Below, piece by piece: positions 45,486-56,796 of a stretch of 64,000 nt of DNA. The DNA is from Clostridium sp. 27_14 (GTDB lineage: Bacteria > Bacillota > Clostridia > TANB77 > CAG-508): contig MNRQ01000020.1 in the NCBI GenBank assembly GCA_001916035.1, positions 69,819 to 133,818 on the forward strand. Reading direction: 5' to 3'. A program made the translations under genes and the position numbers. The notes beneath the pieces are model-generated. The model was not told where the DNA came from and did no database searches. It saw nothing but the letters and a program-made list of their open reading frames with translations. How positions within the stretch are numbered: the first letter of the stretch is position 1; each line of letters opens with the position of its first letter.

Positions 45486-45896
45486 ATGAAAGCATTTAAA
45501 ACACGAAAAGCATCTGTTCAGCCGCAGTATGATTCAGCAATGAAAGACATTAGACAGGCAATGGGATGGGGATGGAAAAGTACCCATGTAGGTTATGGAA
45601 CTCTGTACCCTGAAGTTGCAGAAATGATTGCAAAGGACGGTTTTGATATCAAAATTGTCAAAAGAGCTGATGACAGTATGTCATATAATAAGGTTTCTTG
45701 GGAAAATGCAGAAGAAGGCAAGGAGGGAACTATTACTTATGTAGATGAAACTCAGCCTCAGCCTGATTTTACAGATATCTTGGTAGGTAAAAAGATGAAG
45801 CTACTGAGGCAGAAGAAGACGAACAGGCAACCAATGAAGAAAATGAAACTGATTCTGAAGCTGAAGAATAAGGCGAACACAATGCGAAACTCTTAA
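45486..45896 (+). CDS. hypothetical higher-GC cargo protein
   Basis: Strong promoter (45310-45338), aggagg RBS and a terminator hairpin after the stop. GC is clearly above the local background. Confidence 0.55.
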   Translation: MKAFKTRKASVQPQYDSAMKDIRQAMGWGWKSTHVGYGTLYPEVAEMIAKDGFDIKIVKRADDSMSYNKVSWENAEEGKEGTITYVDETQPQPDFTDILVGKKMKLLRQKKTNRQPMKKMKLILKLKNKANTMRNS

Positions 45897-46149
45897 GGAG
45901 GACTAGTATCACACTAGTTCTCTCCTTTTTATATCATTTTATTAAAAATTTTAATTTTTAGATACACTTTTTTAAAATTATATGTTAAAATGTATATACA
46001 GTCGATAATCGGAAACGTTGCAAGTGTGGGAGTATGTTTTTTCGCAAATAACCACAGCTAAGGCACCAACGACGTATCTGTTCGAACTAAAAGAACAGAT
46101 AAATACAAAAATATCATTCAGAAATGGATGGTATTTTTTTGTTTGCAAA

Positions 46150-46206
46150 AAATTTATTGCCTTGCAGAGCACCCATGTTATGATAGTATGTCATAACATA
46201 TAGGGG
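46150..46206 (+). promoter_or_regulatory. second copy of the oriT-like module
   Basis: aaatttattgccttgcagagcaccc, then the palindrome atgttatga/tcataacat, then ataggggag. Confidence 0.4.
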
Positions 46207-46265
46207 AGAACGATTTAGTTAAGTACACTAAAATCATTCTCCCCATAAAATAAGTTATTTCAATA

Positions 46266-47926
<1,661 letters not shown>

Positions 47927-48040
47927 TTATTTCTCCTTTCCTTAGACAGCTTGAAATACGATATAAAATTATAGTTTCTACATTTCAAGTAGTGTTTATA
48001 ATATACCATATCTCAAACTGGAAATTCAACACAAAAACTA

Positions 48041-48304
48041 TTACTTTTGGAAGATTTCAAAAAATCTAGTTAATATAGTGTGTTCCGAATCTTTATTAAA
48101 ATAGGTATTTACCTTATAAACAGTACCTTTAATTTCTTTTTCAAAGTTCAAATTTTGTTCTGGATAAAAATTTTTTAAATATTCTGCACGTTCTTCATCG
48201 TTCATTTTATAGAGTTTATTACAAAATTCAGTCTTTAAATTCTCTAAAAATTCGTATTCTTCATTAGTCAGTTCAATTCTATATATTTTTTCACTATCTT
48301 GCAT
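48041..48304 (-). CDS. hypothetical 87-aa protein overlapping the relaxase stop
   Basis: 11-nt overlap with the 3' end of the relaxase gene, suggesting translational coupling. Confidence 0.5.
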   Translation of the reverse strand: MQDSEKIYRIELTNEEYEFLENLKTEFCNKLYKMNDEERAEYLKNFYPEQNLNFEKEIKGTVYKVNTYFNKDSEHTILTRFFEIFQK

Positions 48305-49583
48305 TTCTGTCAGCCCTCCTTTTCTTGTATTCAGGAGAGTTTTTTAGTTTTTGCTTTTCAAGTCTTTCTTTTTCTCTAGCTTCTTCAAGAGCTTTTCTTT
48401 CAGCTTGTATTTTTTCTTGCTCAATTCTTTGTTTTTCTAACTCATCTTGTTTCTCTTTAGCAAATAGTCCTTTAAATAAGTCAAAAACTTTTTGTGGAGC
48501 AAGTTTTATAGCATGGAAGTAATCTTTCGCTTTTTCTACAATATCATCATATAGAGATTTCCACTTATCTACTGCATTTCTTAAATTATCAATTCTACTA
48601 TTAAGTTCATATATTTCTTTATCTGCAACAATTCCTTTTTTAGCATATTCAGTTAAATTCTCATAATCTTCTTGTTCTAATTCAATTTTTTTAGAAAATC
48701 TCTTTTGTTTTCCTAAATTGGAAATGTTCTCAATTTGCTTATCATATTTCATATAGGAATTATAAGCAGATTCTTTTTCTTCAACTTTATTTGTAATGTT
48801 TTCTAATCTTTCAGTATCTTTCTTAATTTTAAATTGTAAATCATCTAAATGTTCTTGATTACTACCTTTTACACCACGAATAAAGTCTTTATAACCACAA
48901 TCACTCATATATTGGAAAAATCGGTCTTGTAATAAGCTATATGATTTTATTAAAACTGCATTTCCTTTTTTATCATATACAGGTTTTCCTTGATTATCTA
49001 ATACTTGCTCTGATTTCCATTTATTACTATGACTTACTTGATTGATTACTTCTTTTGTAGTTCCAATTAGTGCTTTGTCTTTACATTTCTTTGTCCATTT
49101 TACTTCTTTTCTTACAACAGGGAGTGCTACAACATGTAAGTGATAATGATATATAGTCTTTCCATATTTTTCTGTTAAAGCAGTATTTATTTCATCTGCA
49201 TGCATAACTGCTGATATAATGTTATTAGCTCCCATTTCTTGTTCAGCGAAGTGAAAAGCTTTTTCATAAAATTCTTTTGCAAATTCATAACCACCATGTT
49301 TCTCAAAATAGTCAGAGTTAATATCAAATATAAGTTCATCAAAAAGTTTAGCATTTTCTCTTAAACCTCTTAATGATACTTGTCCTTTATCAAGCAACTC
49401 TTTTAATTTTTCATTATAGGTAGTTTCACATCTTTTGTAGTGTATATTATTTTGTGTTTGCTCTATATCAACATTCATATTAGAATATGATTTATTTTTT
49501 CTTTCGTTGTGTCTTTCAGCTTTAGTTATACTTGCTTTAGTATAAGTTTCTACTCTAGCTACTGAATAGTTTGTTTTGTTCAT
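48294..49583 (-). CDS. MobV/Pre-family relaxase (plasmid recombination enzyme), intact
   Basis: AERHNER (HxxR) and MHADE...YHYHLHVV metal-binding motif, with a coiled C-terminal half. Confidence 0.85.
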   Translation of the reverse strand: MNKTNYSVARVETYTKASITKAERHNERKNKSYSNMNVDIEQTQNNIHYKRCETTYNEKLKELLDKGQVSLRGLRENAKLFDELIFDINSDYFEKHGGYEFAKEFYEKAFHFAEQEMGANNIISAVMHADEINTALTEKYGKTIYHYHLHVVALPVVRKEVKWTKKCKDKALIGTTKEVINQVSHSNKWKSEQVLDNQGKPVYDKKGNAVLIKSYSLLQDRFFQYMSDCGYKDFIRGVKGSNQEHLDDLQFKIKKDTERLENITNKVEEKESAYNSYMKYDKQIENISNLGKQKRFSKKIELEQEDYENLTEYAKKGIVADKEIYELNSRIDNLRNAVDKWKSLYDDIVEKAKDYFHAIKLAPQKVFDLFKGLFAKEKQDELEKQRIEQEKIQAERKALEEAREKERLEKQKLKNSPEYKKRRADRNAR

Positions 49584-49800
49584 TTAAATATCCTTTCTTG
49601 CAGGTAGCAAAGAGGCGACCAAAGGGAGCTGTTACATAACTTTCTTGCGAAAGTATGTAACCCACTATGACACTTTCAAAACTTCGTTTTGCAAAGATGT
49701 CGTGGGCTCCTTGCGGAGGGCTCATAAATTATCTAATCTAGAGATAGATAATTTATGTTTGGCTTCGCCAAAGCAAAAGAATATATTTAATATCATTTAT
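49584..49800 (-). promoter_or_regulatory. probable oriT and promoter region of the intact MobV gene
   Basis: GC-richer spacer with three inverted repeats: gttacataactttc/gaaagtatgtaac, ataaattatct/agataatttat, gcaaaagaatatat/atatattcttttgc. Confidence 0.45.
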
Positions 49801-50416
49801 ATATTCTTTTGCTCATCTTAACAATTTATTTACATACCAAAAATAAATTGTTAAGCTCTTTTTGTTCTGTATAAATGGAGAGGGTAGAAATTTATATACA
49901 AAAAAAGACCATAAGCGATATACCAATACTCTATTTACCCACGGCGAATACAATATTAATAAGCTCAAACAAAATTTGAGTTTTAAATATGTACTCATTT
50001 TTTTAGTGTGTATGTAAATAGAATATTGAACTTTGCACTCATGGCTTTCTTAATTACTTATAAATACTGGACAAGTTTACTATTATTATTTTAAAATTTT
50101 CACACTTTCTAATAACCAGCTCGCAATCCCTTATGCGACTCGTTTTCGCCTGGCATCTGAGGAATTATAAAATTCCCAAGAGATTGTCAATATTCTATAT
50201 TCTTTTATTGAATACACATAATATATATCATGATTTTAGCTAAAAATCAATAAATTCTGTAAATTTTTGTAATTTTAGCTACAACTTTGCAATAATATCG
50301 AGAATTTTGTAAAACTTGACTTCTTATGGGAAACCTGCTATATTATACATAATACTTCAGTATTGTAATAAGCAACACACCAATTCAATATGTCGATTGA
50401 CAAGGAGGATTTCAAA

Positions 50417-50863
50417 ATGAAAATTAAGACAGAAAATTATGTGTGTTCCATTTGTGGAAAGCGGAATGTAAAACTTTGGCGTCCTTATATGGACACAACT
50501 CCATTAATTTGTGCAGAATGTGCAGAAAAACGGCAAACACCATATGAGTACGAGGAAACGATTTGGCAAAAAGAAGATAACGGTTGGTATACTGGGAAAT
50601 TTACTGGCAAAAAACTTCCCTTACCTAAATGGGAAGTCGATGAGAAAGGTAAAGTTCCCTCATATCAAGGACCTGGACCTGATGGCGAACCTAGATCTAT
50701 GACTGACCAACTTATTGTTGATTTGTCAGATGTTTCAACTTCATATACATCTGGAAGTACTTCTATGGTACCAGCTTGCCCTGATGAAGACGGAGAATTT
50801 TGGGGATATACTTCCGTTCCTGAAGAAAACTGCAAATGGTGGGAAGAATTGCCGACAAGATAA
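50417..50863 (+). CDS. hypothetical higher-GC zinc-ribbon protein
   Basis: CSICG...CAEC pair and an aaggagg RBS before the ATG at 50417. Confidence 0.55.
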   Translation: MKIKTENYVCSICGKRNVKLWRPYMDTTPLICAECAEKRQTPYEYEETIWQKEDNGWYTGKFTGKKLPLPKWEVDEKGKVPSYQGPGPDGEPRSMTDQLIVDLSDVSTSYTSGSTSMVPACPDEDGEFWGYTSVPEENCKWWEELPTR

Positions 50864-50934
50864 TGTTGGCAACAGTAAAAAACGAACGTCGGATCTGAAA
50901 AGATTCGGCGTTTGTTTTTCTATCATATTGATTA

Positions 50935-51297
50935 CTAGCAGTAGATTAATTCTTTAAATATGATTTCGTCAACTATATGCTTATAATTATTCATAAGACC
51001 AGTCCATTTTAAAGGGTCGGTATTTTTCAAATTTTCATCAATAGGATTTTTTTCTAGCATTTGTGCCATAAGCATTTCAAATCTTTCTTTAGCTTGTTTG
51101 TCAGTTTCTACAATATGTTTTCTTAAAGTTTTGTTCATAAACATTATTATATATTCTGCTTTCTTGTGATTCTTTAAATATTTTAATCTTAAATGCCCAT
51201 ATTTTCCAATAATATAATTTTTCTCATAATCTTCTTTCTCTAAATATAAGTCAGGAATGAAAAAATCTCCCTCTTTGTGATAAGTTATCTCTACCAT
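50935..51297 (-). CDS. tnpV: TnpV-like protein
   Basis: GKYGHLRLKYLKNHK...ERFEMLM...IIFKELIYC. It is paralogous to 60551-60946. Confidence 0.7.
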   Translation of the reverse strand: MVEITYHKEGDFFIPDLYLEKEDYEKNYIIGKYGHLRLKYLKNHKKAEYIIMFMNKTLRKHIVETDKQAKERFEMLMAQMLEKNPIDENLKNTDPLKWTGLMNNYKHIVDEIIFKELIYC

Positions 51298-51472
51298 AAC
51301 TAAAACCTCCTAAAATTTAATTTCACTACTTTTAGAACTATAATTTTATATCTGCTAAAGCTGTCTATAAATACTAATTTTTATAAAGTGTACTTAACTT
51401 AAGTCTACTGGGTTAGGACTTATGGCAAAGCCAAAGCCCTGTGCTACGAAGAAATTTCAAGGAGGTGCTTTT

Positions 51473-51830
51473 ATGGAGCAAGAATTAGCATATTCTTTTC
51501 ACTTAGGTAGCGACAAAAACAAAAGTAAATTAGCAAAGAAAGTTGCAAAGGAAAATTTACCTGGTACTACTTCTCTATCAAATAATGCAATTCAAAATGC
51601 AAAAGATTTGTCAGACGTAAATAAACACAATTTAAGAGATTATGATAATCAAAGAGAATTGATATGACAAAGATAATAACTATAAAATAGTAAGTGATGA
51701 TCTATACAAAAATGGTATATTTACTGATGATGAAAATGAAATTGCAAATAATATTGCTAGAAAAATAAAACCGAAAGAAAATATAGAACAAGCAAAAAAT
51801 AAAAAGAAAAATAATTTTGAATTAAAGTAA
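51473..51830 (+). pseudogene. MobV relaxase remnant with an internal deletion
   Basis: The N-terminal 65 aa (MEQELAYSFHLGSDKN...NLRDYDNQRELI) are joined out of frame to a short C-terminal tail. The catalytic HxDE..PHxH region is absent. Confidence 0.7.
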
Positions 51831-51844
51831 AGGAGTAAAATATT

Positions 51845-52102
51845 ATGGAAGAAAATAAAGTTGAAAATGTAATAAATATAATCAAAAATATGGATATAAA
51901 AGATAAATTAAGACTTGGAATATGTCTATCTACTAGTAGTTGGACTAATATTCTATATGATAAAACAAAAATGTATGAGAAATTTAATACTATACTAAAA
52001 GAAATTGATGAAGAATATAGAACTACTCTAATAAATTTTGCAAAGTATAAACTTGTAATGTTTACAATGTCTAAAAATTATGGAAATGGAACAAACAGAT
52101 AG
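51845..52102 (+). CDS. hypothetical 85-aa protein
   Basis: aaggag RBS and a clean ORF. Confidence 0.45.
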   Translation: MEENKVENVINIIKNMDIKDKLRLGICLSTSSWTNILYDKTKMYEKFNTILKEIDEEYRTTLINFAKYKLVMFTMSKNYGNGTNR

Positions 52103-52272
52103 AAATAAAATTGCTTTATATTTAGTAAATAATGTAAATTAGAAAAATCTGTTTTTTGACATTTTTATATAAATGTGTTATAATTATAAGTGATGTAACA
52201 TATTGTAACTCCGTTGCATCAGTAGCTATAGACAGATTTTATTAATGGTACTTACCCAAGGAGGAAAAAATT

Positions 52273-52509
52273 ATGTTGGATATCAAAACCGCAACAATCG
52301 TTCGCAAGGCAATAAATGAGCACTTTTCTTCACCCAATATGGTAAGTTTGGAAGCAGTTTGCAGAATGCAGCCTGTTGTTCAGAATACCAATGGCATTGG
52401 CTATACTATCCTTGCTCTTCAGTCTGGAGACCTTACCATTCTGGTATGGGTACAGTTCAACGAGAAGCTTGGTGTTATGGTGAAAAGTGTCAAAGCTCAG
52501 GCGTGGTAA
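52273..52509 (+). CDS. hypothetical higher-GC 78-aa protein
   Basis: TTGACA-17-TATAAT promoter starting at about 52155, aaggagg RBS and a terminator hairpin after the stop. Confidence 0.5.
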   Translation: MLDIKTATIVRKAINEHFSSPNMVSLEAVCRMQPVVQNTNGIGYTILALQSGDLTILVWVQFNEKLGVMVKSVKAQAW

Positions 52510-52695
52510 ATCAAAACAAAAAAGAAATTATTCTTTCTCTCTCAGCAATGAGGGAGTTTTTTATATATTTTTGTTAAAATAAATTTTTTCATTTGTATTG
52601 CAATTTATTAAAAATATAATATACTTTAATAAATTGATTGATATTTGTATCAATCGTTAAAGGCGTGAAAAAAGTTGTAGATATCTACGTTGTCC

Positions 52696-52790
52696 GCACC
52701 AATAACATATCGTCATACAAAACAAAAAGGATTAAATCGACTGTAAACAGTCGATTTTTTTCGTTCTTAAGCAATATAATTTTTCGAAAT
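52696..52790 (+). repeat. right (internal) copy of the att-like direct repeat
   Basis: gattaaatcgactgtaaaCAgtcgatttttttcgt (52730-52764), preceded by GCACCAA that mirrors the tRNA 3' end. Confidence 0.7.
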
Positions 52791-53179
52791 AGTAATATTG
52801 TTATATTTTATGCAATTTGCAATTTTATGTAAAATAGCGTATCATAATTATATATGCTTTATTGCACAATATTATCTTAGGAGGAATAACTAATAGAAAA
52901 AACATTACGGTTACTGCAACAAACATGTTTAAATTAGTAAGCAAATCCTTTACAAAGTGCTTTTTTAAAGAAAACAAAGATACTTCTAACTATAGCATTA
53001 TGAACAATATACTAAAAAAATACTCATAAATATAGTGCCCCAAAATTATTAGACAAAAATATTTAATAATTTGGAAACACTTCATAAATAACCTTTTAGA
53101 ATAACGTAAAACTATTACCTATTTAAGAAATACATAGCAAAATTTAAGTAAGAAGCAAACAAACACCATAAATATATAA

Positions 53180-54094
53180 TTACAATTTATCAATAAATTT
53201 CTTTTTAATTTCATAAGAAGAATGTACATAAATCCCTAAAGTCACACTAACATTAGAATGACCCAACACTTCACTTAAAGACTTTACATCCATACCAACC
53301 CTAACACATCTTGTTGCAAATGTATGTCTTAAACAATGAAACTTTTTATATTGAATATTACAATTATTCAACATTTTTTTATATGTATATCTATAACTTA
53401 ATGGTTCTATAACCTTGTCTTTTCCAGATATAACAAAATCATTTTTAGAATATTTTTTAGAAAATTCTCTCAATTTCTTATACAAAATTTTAGCCATTGG
53501 TATTTCTCTAACTGATTTCTTCGTTTTAGGAGAAGTTATTATAATCTTACTATTATTTTTACTTAAATATATTCTCTGAACAGTATGAATTACCCTTATT
53601 TTTTTTGCATCAAAATCTATATCAGCCCACCTCAATGCACAAATCTCACCTATTCTTAAACCAGAATACATACTAATCAATACCCCTATTTCTTTTAAAT
53701 CATTTGAATTCAATATATAATTTTCTATCTTCTTTCTTTCTTTTTCATTAAATATCTCAACTTCACTTCCACCAGATGTTGGTAATGATATCAAATCTAA
53801 TTTAAAATCTATATCATATTTTCTTTCACAATATTTTAAAATTGATTTTAATACTGTTATTATATCTTTTATTGTTTTATCTGACAAAGTTTCTTGTAAA
53901 TCTTCTATATATCTATTTATATCAATATTATTAAACTTTTTTAAGGTATACTCTCCAAAATCCTTTTTTAAATATTTTACAATTTTAAATTTATAATTTG
54001 AATATGTCGATTCTTTGATTCTCATTCTCTTATATGATAGCCATTCATCACATAAAACATTAAATTTTTTTTCTTTTTCATTTAAACATTTCAT
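53180..54094 (-). CDS. int: tyrosine site-specific integrase
   Basis: GLRIGE (Arg I), HCLRHTFAT (HxxR) and LGHSNVSVTLGIYVH (catalytic Tyr). Confidence 0.85.
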   Translation of the reverse strand: MKCLNEKEKKFNVLCDEWLSYKRMRIKESTYSNYKFKIVKYLKKDFGEYTLKKFNNIDINRYIEDLQETLSDKTIKDIITVLKSILKYCERKYDIDFKLDLISLPTSGGSEVEIFNEKERKKIENYILNSNDLKEIGVLISMYSGLRIGEICALRWADIDFDAKKIRVIHTVQRIYLSKNNSKIIITSPKTKKSVREIPMAKILYKKLREFSKKYSKNDFVISGKDKVIEPLSYRYTYKKMLNNCNIQYKKFHCLRHTFATRCVRVGMDVKSLSEVLGHSNVSVTLGIYVHSSYEIKKKFIDKL

Positions 54095-54494
54095 TTCTTC
54101 AACTTTCCTTTCTAAAACGCCATATATTGTGTTATAAAAATTTTAAAATTTTTTCATAATATAAAGCCAAAATATTTTAATTTTTATTATAAGAGTTCCT
54201 TTATTGATAAATATACCATATCTTTAGCAATTGGAACAAAGTTATAGTTAGTGTTTTTGCTCGTTTTATGTAAAATAAAGCTTATTTTTTCCATTTTTTT
54301 ATTACTGTGAATAACTTTTAAAATTCCTGTAATACTAATAGTACGAATTATTTTTTGAACTTTTTGTCGTTTTTTGTCGAATTTAGGTGGGTTTATTAGG
54401 ACTTTTACCATTTGGCAATTTTCATATTCCTAGTTTGTTCTATATTTACTTATAAATTGTTATACTTATTTTAGTTAATATGGAGGTGTACATT

Positions 54495-54833
54495 ATGAAA
54501 TCTAATGTAAAAAATTCAATTGATTCTGCTATCGGTAAAGTATTCAAATCCTATAGAAAAAAATATCACTTGACTCAAACTCAAGTTGCTGATAAACTTG
54601 GTATATCAGAAAAATACATTTCGAGATTAGAAAATGGAAATAGTGGAGTTAAACTTGAAACTTTAATAAATTACATGAACACTTTAGGCATAGCACCTGA
54701 TGTTTTATTTAAAGACTTAATGAGAAATAATGATGTAGTTTTCCAAGTAAACTTATCTCAAAAAATCAGTGAATTACCTAAAGAAAGACAAAGATTTATT
54801 AATAAAATCGTAGACGAATTAAAACGCCTATAA
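54495..54833 (+). CDS. XRE family HTH regulator
   Basis: LTQTQVADKLGISEKYISRLENG helix-turn-helix. GGAGGTG RBS precedes the ATG at 54495. Confidence 0.8.
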   Translation: MKSNVKNSIDSAIGKVFKSYRKKYHLTQTQVADKLGISEKYISRLENGNSGVKLETLINYMNTLGIAPDVLFKDLMRNNDVVFQVNLSQKISELPKERQRFINKIVDELKRL

Positions 54834-54905
54834 AGTCAAAAAAAGTTCCACAAATATTAGACAATTCTCTAATATTTGTAGAACTTTTTTTATATCTCAT
54901 TACAT

Positions 54906-56339
54906 TTATTCTTTCCAAAAAGCCTCATAAGTTTTATAAGCTGAATAAATATCATATTTACTAGTTACCTCATAAGGAGCATGCATTGAAAGAACTGGAA
55001 CACCACAATCAATTACATCTGTACCTTTATTAGCCAAAATATATGCAATTGTACCTCCTCCTCCAACATCAACTTTTCCTAATTCAGCAACTTGATATTT
55101 TATTTCATTTTTTTCTAGTACATTACGTACCCAAGCCACATATTCAGCATTAGCATCAGAAGCACCTGATTTTCCTCTCACACCTGTATACTTATTTAAT
55201 GTTATTCCTCTACCTAAATATCCTGCATTTGTTGTATCTGAAACATACGCATAAATTGGATCAAAACCCGCATCAACATCAGAAGATAACATTTTAGAAA
55301 AACAAAATACCTTATCTAATAAGTTAGGCTTATTTATCCCCAATTTATTTAATATTTCTGATATAAAGAAATCAAACATATGTGATTCCATACCTGTATT
55401 TCCCATACTTCCTATTTCTTCTTTATCTGACAAAATACATACTGCCGTATTTTTTACATTTTGTAAATTCATCATTGCTGCTAAAGATGTATATGCACAT
55501 ACTTTATCATCTTGACCATAACCAGCAACCATACTTTCATCAAATCCTAATGAACGTGCTTTAAAAGCTGGAACTAATTCCAATTCCGCACTTAATAAAT
55601 CTGATTCTGTAATTCCATATTTTTGATTCAACAAATTCAATATATTTAATTTAACTCTTTCACTAACTCCACATTGTTTTTTATGTTCTTCACCATCTTT
55701 ATTACAACATGTAAATGGTATACTTCCTATTAAAAGTCTTAAATCTTCTCCTTCTACACCATTTTTTAATTTTTTCTCCATTTGTTCTTGTGCTAAATGT
55801 GGCAATAAATCTGTTATTGTAAATATTGGATCTGTTTCCTTTTCACCTATCTCGATTTCTATTTTTTCCCCATTAGTTTTTACTATAACTCCATGTATAC
55901 TAAGTGGTATTGTTGTCCATTGATATTTTTTTATTCCACCATAATAATGTGTTTTAAAATAAGCCAAACCACCATCTTCACATAATGGATTTGGTTTTAA
56001 ATCTAACCTTGGTGAATCAACATGTGAACCTATGATATGCATTCCATTTTCTTCTATACCTTTTTCACCAATTATAGCCAAGTACATGCTTTTTCCTCTG
56101 TTTATAAAATACACTTTATCACCTGGCACTAAATTTTGTTTATTTATTATATCTGTAAAGCCATTTTCATCTGCTAATTTTTTAGCATTTTTTATAAACT
56201 CTCTTTCTATTTTTGACCTATTTAAAAATTCCATATAGCCATTTGAAATCTTATAAATTTCCTCTTTTTGACCTTCTTTTAAGCATTTCCATCCTTCTTC
56301 TTTTTTGTTAAAAAGTTTTTCCTTTAGTTCTTCTCCCAT
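54906..56339 (-). CDS. M18 family aminopeptidase
   Basis: IIGSHVDSPRLDLKPNP, GGIKKYQW and C-terminal metal ligands. About 477 aa. Confidence 0.8.
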   Translation of the reverse strand: MGEELKEKLFNKKEEGWKCLKEGQKEEIYKISNGYMEFLNRSKIEREFIKNAKKLADENGFTDIINKQNLVPGDKVYFINRGKSMYLAIIGEKGIEENGMHIIGSHVDSPRLDLKPNPLCEDGGLAYFKTHYYGGIKKYQWTTIPLSIHGVIVKTNGEKIEIEIGEKETDPIFTITDLLPHLAQEQMEKKLKNGVEGEDLRLLIGSIPFTCCNKDGEEHKKQCGVSERVKLNILNLLNQKYGITESDLLSAELELVPAFKARSLGFDESMVAGYGQDDKVCAYTSLAAMMNLQNVKNTAVCILSDKEEIGSMGNTGMESHMFDFFISEILNKLGINKPNLLDKVFCFSKMLSSDVDAGFDPIYAYVSDTTNAGYLGRGITLNKYTGVRGKSGASDANAEYVAWVRNVLEKNEIKYQVAELGKVDVGGGGTIAYILANKGTDVIDCGVPVLSMHAPYEVTSKYDIYSAYKTYEAFWKE

Positions 56340-56646
56340 TTTTATCACTATCCTTTCTTAATTCGTATTATGGTCACAGTATATCACTTTTTGTTTTTTT
56401 TGTCTATATCGTATATAATGCTAATATCTTATGCTCATACTATAAAAAATATGTATAATATGACAAGATCTTTTGAAAACATAATTTATACTAAAAAAAT
56501 TTTATGTAATTTTTCTTTTCAAAATAGTTACATGTATTCAGCAAACAAACAAGAATTAAAAATATAAAAGATGAAACAAATGCTATTGACTCATTAATTT
56601 TTTGTTTTTTATTGACTTGACTACATTTTTTTGCTACAATGCTAGT

Positions 56647-56730
56647 AATATTCATATATTTATATGTTTATTTTATTTATTTTTTGTTTATGAACTAGAT
56701 TTCTTCAAAAAGCAATCTAGTTCTTATTTA
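56647..56730 (+). ncRNA. candidate ~85-nt small RNA convergent with the deaminase gene
   Basis: TTGACT (56612-56617), 17 nt, TGcTACAAT (56632-56640). Hairpin gaactagatt/aatctagttc at 56692-56723 followed by a T-rich tail. No RBS-preceded ORF. Confidence 0.3.
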
Positions 56731-56796
56731 TATATCTACAAAAAAACAAATTCTATGATACTTTAATATATCCTTTTAATATAATCTTTTATTTTC

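Noticed and set aside
45780-45896. Possible frameshift in the A-run at about 45790 of the cargo ORF, since another frame encodes an acidic tail EDEATEAEEDEQATNEENETDSEAEE
   Set aside because: Both tails are low complexity, and the GA-rich sequence gives a Lys-rich or Glu-rich reading depending on frame. Without homologues I cannot tell which is real.
52657-52701. A complete pseudo-tRNA at the internal att copy
   Set aside because: Only the ..gcgtg.. and ..ccgcacca elements are similar to the tRNA. The D-arm and anticodon arm are absent and the T-arm is replaced by an unrelated hairpin, so this is at most a degraded 3' fragment.
54187-54411. 74-aa minus-strand ORF between the integrase and XRE genes as an excisionase
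   Set aside because: It has no recognisable HTH or Xis motif and is Lys-rich and low complexity. Only its very last residues (YLSIKELL) resemble the start of Xis-like proteins, so it is more likely promoter/operator DNA of the divergent int and xre genes.
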